This document shows, in pieces, positions 46,069 to 53,643 of a stretch of DNA of 64,000 nt (its first letter is position 1; every line of letters starts with the position of its first letter). The stretch is from a virus. The stretch spans positions 1 through 64,000 of IMG/VR virus record IMGVR_UViG_3300045988_097954; one strand, written 5' to 3'. The translations under genes and the position numbers were made by a program. The notes under the pieces were generated by a model. The model saw only the letters and a list, made by a program, of their open reading frames with translations, ran no database searches and was not told where the DNA came from.

Positions 46069-46142
46069 TCTTGGGTAGTTCAATGGTAGAGCATCTGGCT
46101 GTTAACCAGAGAGTTGCAAGTTCGAGTCTTGCCCAAGAGCCA
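46069..46142 (+). tRNA. tRNA-Asn (GTT)
   Basis: Hand-folded cloverleaf: TCTTGGG/CCCAAGA acceptor, loop CTGTTAA, T arm GCAAG-TTCGAGT-CTTGC, CCA encoded. Confidence 0.85.
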
Positions 46143-46143
46143 T

Positions 46144-46229
46144 GTCGTTGTGGTCAAGATGGATAAAGACAACAGACTGTAAATCTGTCGCTTATAGCTT
46201 CGTAGGTTTGAATCATCCCAACGGCACCA
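46144..46229 (+). tRNA. tRNA-Tyr (GTA), class II, weak T stem
   Basis: Acceptor GTCGTTG/CAACGGC, anticodon arm ACAGA-CTGTAAA-TCTGT, long variable arm, CCA encoded. The T stem has only 3 of 5 pairs. Confidence 0.6.
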
Positions 46230-46230
46230 T

Positions 46231-46304
46231 GTGGGCATGGTGTAATGTAAACACGTCGGTCTCCAAAACCGAAGATAGGGGTTAGATTCCTCTTGCCTAT
46301 GCCA
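46231..46304 (+). tRNA. tRNA-Trp (CCA)
   Basis: Acceptor GTGGGCA/TGCCTAT (two G.U pairs), D arm GTGT/ACAC, anticodon arm TCGGT-CTCCAAA-ACCGA, T arm AGGGG-TTAGATT-CCTCT, CCA encoded. Confidence 0.8.
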
Positions 46305-46305
46305 T

Positions 46306-46382
46306 ATCCCCATGATGAAACTGGCAAACATACTGGACTTAGAATCCAGGTTTTGTAGGTTCGAGTCCTACTGGGGATACCA
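46306..46382 (+). tRNA. tRNA with anticodon TAG (Leu by anticodon) but a short 5-nt variable loop
   Basis: Acceptor ATCCCCA/TGGGGAT, anticodon arm CTGGA-CTTAGAA-TCCAG, T arm GTAGG-TTCGAGT-CCTAC, A73, CCA encoded. Confidence 0.7.
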
Positions 46383-46385
46383 CAT

Positions 46386-46459
46386 AGAGATATGGTGTAA
46401 TGGTAACACAGCAGATTTTGACTCTGCAATCCTAGGTTCAACTCCTAGTATCTCTTCCA
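46386..46459 (+). tRNA. tRNA-Gln (TTG)
   Basis: Acceptor AGAGATA/TATCTCT, anticodon arm GCAGA-TTTTGAC-TCTGC, T arm CTAGG-TTCAACT-CCTAG, CCA encoded. Confidence 0.85.
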
Positions 46460-46555
46460 TTAAATCCACTGTGGGTCGCAACCACGGTGGTCGGTATTAG
46501 GGGTTTGCCGATAAGGGGAGAACGGATGCATGCTGTTTTTCTAACCCACCTACAT

Positions 46556-46645
46556 GGATAGTTGGCAGAGTATGGTTTATTGCGACAGTCTTGAAAACTG
46601 TTGAGCGGAAACGCTCCGTGGGTTCAAATCCTACACTATCCTCCA
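46556..46645 (+). tRNA. tRNA-Ser (TGA), class II
   Basis: Acceptor GGATAGT/ACTATCC, anticodon arm ACAGT-CTTGAAA-ACTGT, long variable arm, T arm GTGGG-TTCAAAT-CCTAC, CCA encoded. Confidence 0.85.
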
Positions 46646-46648
46646 TAT

Positions 46649-46767
46649 GAAGAATTAGCTTAAGGGTAAAGCACTATGAGGGGTGAATACTGGTTCGACT
46701 CCAGTAACGTAACGGTTTACAACACCATTAGTAGTAGATATTGGTTCAACCCCAGTATTCTTCACCA
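46649..46767 (+). ncRNA. tRNA-like gene with about 44 extra nt in the anticodon-loop position (119 nt, CCA encoded)
   Basis: Perfect 7-bp acceptor GAAGAAT/ATTCTTC plus A-CCA. D arm GCTT-AAGGGTA-AAGC and T arm ATTGG-TTCAACC-CCAGT. The insert carries a second T-arm-like hairpin ACTGG-TTCGACT-CCAGT. Confidence 0.45.
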
Positions 46768-46889
46768 GAGCCAGATACATATGGTACGCCATTGTATCAC
46801 CGAATGGGTTACTTAAGGGTTTCTCATTCGGATGGCATTCTACATAATTTTCCTCCTGATGGTTACATCTTATGTTTGCAACCATTCGT

Positions 46890-46953
46890 GTCGCCATAGT
46901 TTAATTGGTAGAACCCCAAATGGGCGGTACAGGTTCGACTCCTGTTGGTGGCT
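46890..46953 (+). ncRNA. tRNA-like element lacking an anticodon arm (64 nt, no CCA)
   Basis: Acceptor GTCGCCA/TGGTGGC, D arm GTTT-AATTGGTA-GAAC, perfect T arm ACAGG-TTCGACT-CCTGT. The mini-hairpin CCC-AAAT-GGG replaces the anticodon arm. Confidence 0.4.
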
Positions 46954-47123
46954 GCATGTAAAATCCATATGTTGTATATCGGACGTCATATACACGTGTG
47001 GTTATCGAGCTGTGGCGATATGAATTATTATGGGTCAGAACGTAAGCTGACACCACAGCAAAACCGAGAGGTGTTTCTCACAGGTTTCACCCAAAAACAA
47101 AAACCTGTGATTTATCATCAAAA

Positions 47124-47173
47124 GACCACTTGAGTATTTTCCCTCCTTTCATGCTCAGGTGGTCTTTTTTTTT
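47124..47173 (+). terminator. intrinsic terminator of the RNA operon
   Basis: 11-bp stem GACCACTTGAG/CTCAGGTGGTC with a 19-nt loop, followed by T9. Confidence 0.7.
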
Positions 47174-47174
47174 G

Positions 47175-47203
47175 TTGACAAACACAGATAAATACTGTAT
47201 AAT
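47175..47203 (+). promoter_or_regulatory. consensus sigma70-like promoter
   Basis: TTGACA-17-TATAAT. Confidence 0.7.
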
Positions 47204-47235
47204 ATACATAGAATGGAAACACAGGGGGTGAATAT

Positions 47236-48120
47236 GTGAAAGAAAATTCATTCGTGTGTCCTGATGGTGAAACCATATTAGTTAAAGACTGTATGAGCCA
47301 ATGTAGGATGCAACAGCGATGTCTAGCAAAACCATTATTGGTAAACGCAAGTCGTCTCAGAGACCTGAATCGGACACACTTTAGTGTCACAGAAGTATTG
47401 TCGCCAACCTTATATATGTATCTAAAGGCGAATAATCCTGAGACAATCAATCCGTTTTCATCCATCGCTGCAACTGTGGGTACATCACTTCATGGAATAC
47501 TTGAGAATTGCTTACCACAGAATTACGCTGGTGAGTTTCGATTGAATTACCAAGGTCTCACAGGTCAAATGGACTGTATTGACTTAGAGTATCACACTCT
47601 ATATGATTACAAGGTCGTTGGTGCATACAAGTGTGCGACAATGATGGGTGGACGACCATTGTGGAAACCCCATGTAATCACACGTGGAAAACGCAAAGGT
47701 GAAACCGAGATGAGACAACAATGGGTGTACGATGGATTGCATCATTATGGTGACTACTGTAAGCAACAAAACCTATATAGAATACTATTGAATAAACATG
47801 GTATTCCCATTAATGATATGTTCTTACAAGTAATCATTAAAGAACCAATCAATACGATTAAGACTTTTAATCTGTCACAACAATGCTATTTGATACAACT
47901 ACCAAAGATGAACGACCAACGTCTTCTTGACTATGCGTTATACAAAAAGGATGCCTTGGTAAATGCCATCGCAAACAATGAATTGCCAAAAGAATGTTCT
48001 GCAAAAGAACGATGGGTATCAAAAACATATCCATTGGGTCGAAAGTGTCAAGATTATTGCTCTGTTTCATACTGTTGTCCATATTATCAAAAGAAATTAC
48101 AGGAGAAGAAAAAACGATGA
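47236..48120 (+). CDS. PD-(D/E)XK nuclease, Cas4/RecB-like with Cys cluster
   Basis: DCIDL..LYDYK core. N-terminal CPDG..C..C..C and C-terminal CQDYCSVSYCCPYY cysteines. GTG start after a GGGGGTG SD. Confidence 0.65.
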   Translation: MKENSFVCPDGETILVKDCMSQCRMQQRCLAKPLLVNASRLRDLNRTHFSVTEVLSPTLYMYLKANNPETINPFSSIAATVGTSLHGILENCLPQNYAGEFRLNYQGLTGQMDCIDLEYHTLYDYKVVGAYKCATMMGGRPLWKPHVITRGKRKGETEMRQQWVYDGLHHYGDYCKQQNLYRILLNKHGIPINDMFLQVIIKEPINTIKTFNLSQQCYLIQLPKMNDQRLLDYALYKKDALVNAIANNELPKECSAKERWVSKTYPLGRKCQDYCSVSYCCPYYQKKLQEKKKR

Positions 48121-48416
48121 TTAATATTAAAACACAAGAGTTTATGACAACTACTAGATATGTGGTAACGTCAATCAAAAAACAATCACGAACTGCGTTC
48201 GTAAACGAAATCAAAGTCGGTGACGAATTCTATATTTGTACTAAGTTACATGGTGAAAAAACACAAGCAGGGTATCTCGCTCCACGAGTACGATTATATT
48301 TCCCTGATAAAAACAAATATACAAAGTATACTACACAAGAACGCATGCAACAAATCTTTGGTTTTAATTTTGATGCAGAACCTGTTAAATTACTCAGCGA
48401 AAGAGAAGACGTATGA
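48117..48416 (+). CDS. hypothetical protein
   Basis: ATGA overlap with the nuclease gene. 99 aa. Confidence 0.55.
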   Translation: MINIKTQEFMTTTRYVVTSIKKQSRTAFVNEIKVGDEFYICTKLHGEKTQAGYLAPRVRLYFPDKNKYTKYTTQERMQQIFGFNFDAEPVKLLSEREDV

Positions 48417-49066
48417 TTCTAGTCGGAAGAGCAGGCGTTGGTAAAGATACTGTTGCTGATTTATTGGTTGGTAACTTGCCGAAATATGCTTTTGCTGATG
48501 CCATTAAAGAAACAGTCCAAGTCATTCAAACCGATGGCGTTGATGCTGGTATGGAATACTTGGCAGACTTGAGTGGTCATACCACAGATGAAATCATTGG
48601 TATTCTCCCTGTGGTGCAGACGATTGAAAAAACCGTCTTAGACGGTAAACAACGAAAGCATTTACAATCGCTTGGCAATGGTTTACGAGCAATGTTTAAA
48701 GACTTTTGGATTATTGTCTTGCGAAATAAAATCATTCGAGATAACCCAGATGGATACATTGTTACTGACTGTCGTTATTTAAATGAGTTACAGATGTTGC
48801 AAGAACTGGATGTTGGTCTTCCGTGTTACCGCAAGTCAATCTTTATCAGTGCAAACAAAAAAGAACGCATTAAACGTATGAAACAACGTGATGGCTCTTG
48901 TGATATCACCAGACTCAATGATGTATCTGAGACATCTGTTGACGAACTCAAGGGGTATTGTGATTACAAAATCAATAATTCTAAGGGATATGCTGATTTG
49001 ATTGTCGCTGTAGATAAAATCAATGGAGATATCTTGCGTGAAAGACAGGAGTCCGACAATGGTTAA
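48413..49066 (+). CDS. dNMP kinase (T4 gp1-like P-loop kinase)
   Basis: N-terminal ILVGRAGVGKDTVADLL resembles T4 Dnk GxxRSGKDT. Confidence 0.55.
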   Translation: MILVGRAGVGKDTVADLLVGNLPKYAFADAIKETVQVIQTDGVDAGMEYLADLSGHTTDEIIGILPVVQTIEKTVLDGKQRKHLQSLGNGLRAMFKDFWIIVLRNKIIRDNPDGYIVTDCRYLNELQMLQELDVGLPCYRKSIFISANKKERIKRMKQRDGSCDITRLNDVSETSVDELKGYCDYKINNSKGYADLIVAVDKINGDILRERQESDNG

Positions 49067-49241
49067 AGAATTACATATGATTTCCATTATTGATTATCGA
49101 ACAAATGAACTGAAGGCAGAAGTCAGACGTCAAATGTTAGATTCCGAGTTATCAAAGGAGCAGGCTGTTAAGTTAATATCTAAGGCATATGATGACATAA
49201 CAGATACCGTATGCCGTTTATACGACAGAGCAGAGGTTTAA
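49059..49241 (+). CDS. small hypothetical protein
   Basis: ACAGGAG SD 7 nt before the ATG at 49059. Confidence 0.55.
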   Translation: MVKELHMISIIDYRTNELKAEVRRQMLDSELSKEQAVKLISKAYDDITDTVCRLYDRAEV

Positions 49242-49244
49242 TTA

Positions 49245-49664
49245 ATGAAATTAATTTATTCAGCAACAGTTTATGGTGAACCAGTACCACAAGGTAGACC
49301 ACGGTTGTGTGGTCGAGGACGTTTCGTGAGAGCATATGACCCTCCGAAGTCCAAAGCATACAAACAGTTGATAAAAGACACAATCAAACATCCAAAAGAG
49401 GTGACAGATGTGCCACTACTGTTTGAACTTGATATTTATCGTAAAATACCTAAAAGTGGTTCATATAAATTAAGAACAGACATGAGAGATGGTCTTGTGT
49501 TGCCGACTAAAAAACCAGATGTTGATAACGTGTTGAAAGGCGTTATGGATGCACTCAGCGGTATTGTATGGCACGATGACAACCAAGTGTGTGATGTCAT
49601 CTGTCGTAAACGCTATAGTGATAATCCTCGGATTGAATTCAAGGTGTACGATATTACACCATAA
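49245..49664 (+). CDS. rusA: Holliday junction resolvase RusA
   Basis: GEPVPQGRPR.., KPDVDNVLKGVMDALSGIVWHDDNQV. Confidence 0.85.
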   Translation: MKLIYSATVYGEPVPQGRPRLCGRGRFVRAYDPPKSKAYKQLIKDTIKHPKEVTDVPLLFELDIYRKIPKSGSYKLRTDMRDGLVLPTKKPDVDNVLKGVMDALSGIVWHDDNQVCDVICRKRYSDNPRIEFKVYDITP

Positions 49665-49679
49665 CAGGAGATTACATTT

Positions 49680-50240
49680 ATGTTAGAACAAAAATTAATT
49701 AATACAGATGGACTTGATAAAATGTGGGGGGAACACCTTGTGTGGTTCGATAGTGTTAAATACCATTTGATTTCTACCGAAGACCCACAATCGGAAGATG
49801 TTCGCAAGTATCATAAACATTGGGTTGTATTCTTGACAGGCAATGTCGATGAAGATATTTCTGAAATTCAACGACAAACATTCTTGACAAATGAAACATT
49901 GGATGAGTGCTTGTGTGACATCGGTATTGTAGAAGATGACTGTGGTATTGAACCAGAAGATATTGTCAAAAGAGCAACAGTTGATAAAAATGGCGATGTC
50001 TCTGAGGACTTATTTCTCAAAGAGCATCTTGCATTAAACAACAAAAATACCATTGCTGTATATGAGATTGCAGACGATAATCAAACGAAAACTGCGAAGA
50101 TTATCTCTGGTGCGATTGAGCATGGATATACTTTAAAAGAAGCCATGATTTGGGCGATGCAACTTGGATATATGGCTCAAGACAAGATTGTCAAACAATT
50201 AGAAGACACAATTAGTGCGGTGGAATCATGGACTATTTAG
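49680..50240 (+). CDS. hypothetical protein
   Basis: 186-aa ORF with an ACAGGAG SD. Confidence 0.65.
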   Translation: MLEQKLINTDGLDKMWGEHLVWFDSVKYHLISTEDPQSEDVRKYHKHWVVFLTGNVDEDISEIQRQTFLTNETLDECLCDIGIVEDDCGIEPEDIVKRATVDKNGDVSEDLFLKEHLALNNKNTIAVYEIADDNQTKTAKIISGAIEHGYTLKEAMIWAMQLGYMAQDKIVKQLEDTISAVESWTI

Positions 50241-50350
50241 TAATACTTGTAATATTAAAACACATATTAAACATCACGTTTACCGTATGGTTTGCATATG
50301 TTATTTATGCGGCATTGCGTGAGTGGTACTATTGGTTTAAACATAAGTAA
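50228..50350 (+). CDS. small hydrophobic peptide (40 aa)
   Basis: MDYLVILVILKHILNITFTVWFAYVIYAALREWYYWFKHK. Fills the gap between neighbouring genes. Not in the ORF track. Confidence 0.35.
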   Translation: MDYLVILVILKHILNITFTVWFAYVIYAALREWYYWFKHK

Positions 50351-50365
50351 ACAGGAGATACAAAT

Positions 50366-50701
50366 ATGATTAAAATTATGGATAAATTATTGGGCGTGAC
50401 GATGTTGGCTGGTATGTTGTTATTCTTGGGTGTTCAACCCTCGCATGCATACCCAATACAAGCCAATGTATCAGCCTATGCAGAACACGGAACGATGGCA
50501 AACGGTGAGTGGACACATGAGGGTGCTATTGCAGCAGACGACTTACCGTTTGGTACACATGTAATTATCAATGGTCGTGAATATGTTGTAAAAGACCGAT
50601 TCGGTGGTGGTTATTCTAATGCAATTGACATTTGGATGCCATCATATGATGATGCCATTGAATTCGGTCGTCAGTATTTGACTGTGGAAGTATTATTGTA
50701 A
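50366..50701 (+). CDS. secreted 3D-domain protein (MltA/YuiC-like)
   Basis: Signal peptide, then GAIAADDLPFGTHVIINGREYVVKDRFGGGYSNAIDIWMPSYDDAIEFG (3D-domain pattern). Confidence 0.65.
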   Translation: MIKIMDKLLGVTMLAGMLLFLGVQPSHAYPIQANVSAYAEHGTMANGEWTHEGAIAADDLPFGTHVIINGREYVVKDRFGGGYSNAIDIWMPSYDDAIEFGRQYLTVEVLL

Positions 50702-50710
50702 GAGGAAATT

Positions 50711-51154
50711 ATGTCAAAACAAACAAGAGGATTTGAATCAATTGGTGATTGCACACAAGTGATGCCTGTCAGGGGGTCAGCTCATAGTGCAGGATATGAT
50801 ATTTGTGCTATAGATGATTATGTGATTAGACCAAACCAATCAGTAGTCATTCATACAGGCGTTAAAGCATATATGCCAAAAGATGAATACTTGGATTTAC
50901 GTGTGCGGTCTTCTTTGGGGATTAAACGACAATTAATGCTTGCGACAGGGGCATCTGTTATTGACTCTGACTATTATAATAACCCAGACAATGAGGGCGA
51001 AATTATGGTCGTATTACACAACTATGGGTCTGTAACACAAAAGATTGATGCTGGCGAACGTATCGTTCAAGGTATCTTTACTAAGTATTTCTTGGCAGAT
51101 AATGACAACGTAACTACAAAACGCACAGGTGGCACAGGTTCTACAAATAAATAA
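50711..51154 (+). CDS. dut: dUTPase (trimeric)
   Basis: Motifs GSAHSAGYDI, RSSLG, VIDSDY and the C-terminal RTGGTGST. Confidence 0.9.
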   Translation: MSKQTRGFESIGDCTQVMPVRGSAHSAGYDICAIDDYVIRPNQSVVIHTGVKAYMPKDEYLDLRVRSSLGIKRQLMLATGASVIDSDYYNNPDNEGEIMVVLHNYGSVTQKIDAGERIVQGIFTKYFLADNDNVTTKRTGGTGSTNK

Positions 51155-51172
51155 CAGGAGTTTAGACAATCC

Positions 51173-51493
51173 ATGTATAAGCGATATATGTTTTTAGTGG
51201 ATATGTTTAAGAATGGGGAGTTGTATCGTGTTTCAATCTATGGACAAAACAGGGAATTGATACAACAATATTTATACTCGATTTCACCAGAGGTTATCTT
51301 CTTGCGTGAAGACGAGGAAACAGAAAAACAACAAAAGAAACGCACCAAAGGCAAGTTTCGGTCGATTTATTATCACGGAGAAAACATTGGTACAATTGTT
51401 CAATGTGAGTTTCGTACCGACCGTTGTCAATCCATTGGTGACAGGTCAAAGAAGTTGCCTGGTGTTGATGAAAGATATATGGTGGTCGAATGA
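51173..51493 (+). CDS. hypothetical protein
   Basis: 106-aa ORF with an ACAGGAG SD. Confidence 0.6.
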   Translation: MYKRYMFLVDMFKNGELYRVSIYGQNRELIQQYLYSISPEVIFLREDEETEKQQKKRTKGKFRSIYYHGENIGTIVQCEFRTDRCQSIGDRSKKLPGVDERYMVVE

Positions 51494-52143
51494 ATAAATT
51501 AATGGGATTCTTTTGTTCGAATGTTGACGAATTAGCCACAATACACGAGTTTGACAACCGCATGTCTTTCGAAGAGTTTAATCAAAATCGGATTTCAAAC
51601 AAAATTATCCGTAAGTTAAAACGCTATAGAGAATTCGATTATGAACGCTCACCAGAAGACATCTTGATTGAACAAGAAGAATTAACCGAGATGACGTATG
51701 CGTTTTTACAACTACAGAATAAATTGGGGTCTGCGAACATGAGTCGTCTTATCATGCGATACGGACACAAGATGAAAGTCAAAGATATTGCCATACAGTT
51801 TGGCGAATACAAGATGATGACCTCAAGACGTCTCAAGAAGGCATATAAGATGGCTCAAGAGATTATCGAACGGTTGATTAACGATGGCGTTCTCGATAGA
51901 GAAGTATTATATCAAGACGTTCGATACTATGAAGCAAAGACACCAACCATTAAAGTCAATTATCCTTTTGACTCTGCACGAGAGACATTTAAACGCATGT
52001 ATAAGTACGCAGGCGAGCAACGACCAATGACAACTTGCAAAGCCATTGAATATCTTGACGAGTCATTTGGTGATACAAACACTATTTGTAATTTCTGCGG
52101 CAACCAATGTTCTCGCAAGAAAACCATGGAGGAGCGCATTTGA
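51490..52143 (+). CDS. sigma-70 region-4-like / ArpU-RinA-like transcription regulator (candidate late activator)
   Basis: ANMSRLIMRYGHKMKVKDIAIQFGEYKMMTSRRLKKAYKMAQE resembles a sigma region 4 HTH. The C-terminus contains a C..C motif. Confidence 0.35.
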   Translation: MNKLMGFFCSNVDELATIHEFDNRMSFEEFNQNRISNKIIRKLKRYREFDYERSPEDILIEQEELTEMTYAFLQLQNKLGSANMSRLIMRYGHKMKVKDIAIQFGEYKMMTSRRLKKAYKMAQEIIERLINDGVLDREVLYQDVRYYEAKTPTIKVNYPFDSARETFKRMYKYAGEQRPMTTCKAIEYLDESFGDTNTICNFCGNQCSRKKTMEERI

Positions 52144-52940
52144 ATATTGCTGAACAATCATTTAATTTAAACAAACTGGATGTACGTGTCACGGCAGACA
52201 GAGCATTTGTCGCTGACGTATCAGATATCCACGTTGGTAATATCTATCATAATCGAACAAAATTTGAGGACTTCTTATCTAAGGTCAAGTCTATTGACAA
52301 TCTATATTTGATTATCGGTGGTGATTCTACTGATAATGCCACCACGTCATCCGCATCATCTGTGTTTGAACAATCGGAACACGGTGGAGACCAAGTACTG
52401 ACTGCTTATAGATTACTAGAACCGATTAAAGACCGTATTTTGTTTTGCCGAAGTGGTAACCATGGATATGAACGTGCGTTGAAATACAACCGTTTAATTC
52501 CTGAGCAGATGCTGGCGGAGTTGTTGGGTGTGCCGTTTTACCATGGTATGGCATCGGTATTCTTTAATGTCAACAAAAACTTGTATGTTATTGGTACATG
52601 GCATAACTCAAAGAAACCAGATAAAATGGAATGGCTTCATACCGATGTTACGTTCTATGAACATCTACATAAGACAACTTATGAGCGAACACTCGTGGCA
52701 GAACCGAATCGCATCGCCAAGTGCTGGTCTTTGATTGAACATTATGATGTGCAAACAGGCTCATTCCTTGGTTGGGGTGGGTATTCTGCTGATAAAGGGT
52801 ATCGTCCAAACGACAGTGGTACATCTGTGGTTGAATTTTCTGGTGAACGCAACAAAAAGTCAATTCGAGTTCACGACAGTATTGACCGTCTGTTGGAGCT
52901 TGAGGAATTGCGAAAGCGTGTATCGGATGGCAACAAATAA
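52140..52940 (+). CDS. calcineurin-like metallophosphoesterase
   Basis: Motifs DIHVGN, GGDSTDN and SGNHG in order. Probable TTG start at 52140 after a GGAGG SD. Confidence 0.7.
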   Translation: MNIAEQSFNLNKLDVRVTADRAFVADVSDIHVGNIYHNRTKFEDFLSKVKSIDNLYLIIGGDSTDNATTSSASSVFEQSEHGGDQVLTAYRLLEPIKDRILFCRSGNHGYERALKYNRLIPEQMLAELLGVPFYHGMASVFFNVNKNLYVIGTWHNSKKPDKMEWLHTDVTFYEHLHKTTYERTLVAEPNRIAKCWSLIEHYDVQTGSFLGWGGYSADKGYRPNDSGTSVVEFSGERNKKSIRVHDSIDRLLELEELRKRVSDGNK

Positions 52941-53100
52941 GAATACAACCAAACGTAAACGCAAGCCATCAATACCAAAAACACCACTTGATGCAATACA
53001 TAAGAAATGTCGTGAGTGTTGTTGTGGAACACTTGAAGAGGTTCGTTTGTGTGAAATCACGGAATGTGCCTTATGGCATTACCGATTGGCGGAAGATTAA
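52927..53100 (+). CDS. small Cys-rich zinc-binding protein
   Basis: KCRECCCGTLEEVRLCEITECALWHYR. Confidence 0.5.
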   Translation: MATNKNTTKRKRKPSIPKTPLDAIHKKCRECCCGTLEEVRLCEITECALWHYRLAED

Positions 53101-53119
53101 TTTCTTCCGTCTTTTTTTT
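53090..53119 (+). terminator. intrinsic terminator
   Basis: CGGAAGA-loop-TCTTCCG followed by T8. Confidence 0.75.
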
Positions 53120-53127
53120 ATTTGTTG

Positions 53128-53156
53128 TTGACATAAGTTATATTCCGTGATATTCT
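53128..53156 (+). promoter_or_regulatory. sigma70-like promoter
   Basis: TTGACA-17-(TGA)TATTCT. Confidence 0.55.
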
Positions 53157-53193
53157 ATATGTAATTAATCTATTGTTTACTACAGGAGGATAT

Positions 53194-53367
53194 ATGTTAC
53201 AATCTAAATATTTAACACAAGATGGCATCACAGGATTTTTACAAATGATTTATGACCGAGGGTATAACTTTGTGTTTCGTAACCCAGATAAATGTGAATA
53301 CACCTTATCAAAGAAAGAGCCTGTGTTCCGTGGGAATACATTCTTGAGATGTGATGGTGACAAATAA
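53194..53367 (+). CDS. small hypothetical protein
   Basis: ACAGGAGG SD before the ATG at 53194. Confidence 0.6.
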   Translation: MLQSKYLTQDGITGFLQMIYDRGYNFVFRNPDKCEYTLSKKEPVFRGNTFLRCDGDK

Positions 53368-53641
53368 CAACTGGGGCGGTGGTCGCAAGATACCGCAAAA
53401 GCGTGAGTATTATTTGGAATATGGCGATGGCTTTGACGACATTTTAAACAAATGTAAATCCCTGTGCGGATGTCATAAGTGTGGTTCAAAGCCAATCCCC
53501 ATTATTCAACATCAGCGTTCAAAAGATGAACGTTGGATATACTTATGTTGCCCCAAGCACCCAAAGAACCGTACATACATAAATCTTGATTATAATGCCA
53601 TGTTTAAAGCATGGGAATTTTTACAACGAAAGCAGGACTGA
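53351..53641 (+). CDS. Cys-rich hypothetical protein
   Basis: 96-aa ORF with CxxC-type pairs. Confidence 0.55.
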   Translation: MMVTNNNWGGGRKIPQKREYYLEYGDGFDDILNKCKSLCGCHKCGSKPIPIIQHQRSKDERWIYLCCPKHPKNRTYINLDYNAMFKAWEFLQRKQD

Positions 53642-53643
53642 TT

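Noticed and set aside
46080-46441. Minus-strand ORFs (46080-46331, 46154-46441), plus 45477-45680, 45875-46057, 46655-46897 and others over the RNA operon.
   Set aside because: They run across or antisense to well-folded tRNAs and have no RBS. The region lies between a promoter and a terminator on the plus strand.
45410-47150. The identical decamer CCCTCCTTTC (anti-SD-like, matching the 16S 3' tail CCUCCUUUC) at 45410-45419 in the operon leader and at 47141-47150 in the terminator loop. This suggested an SD-sequestering RNA.
   Set aside because: One exact 10-mer repeat within about 1.8 kb is roughly what chance predicts (about one expected pair). There is no supporting structure or conservation evidence. 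It is worth a glance in RNA-seq data only.
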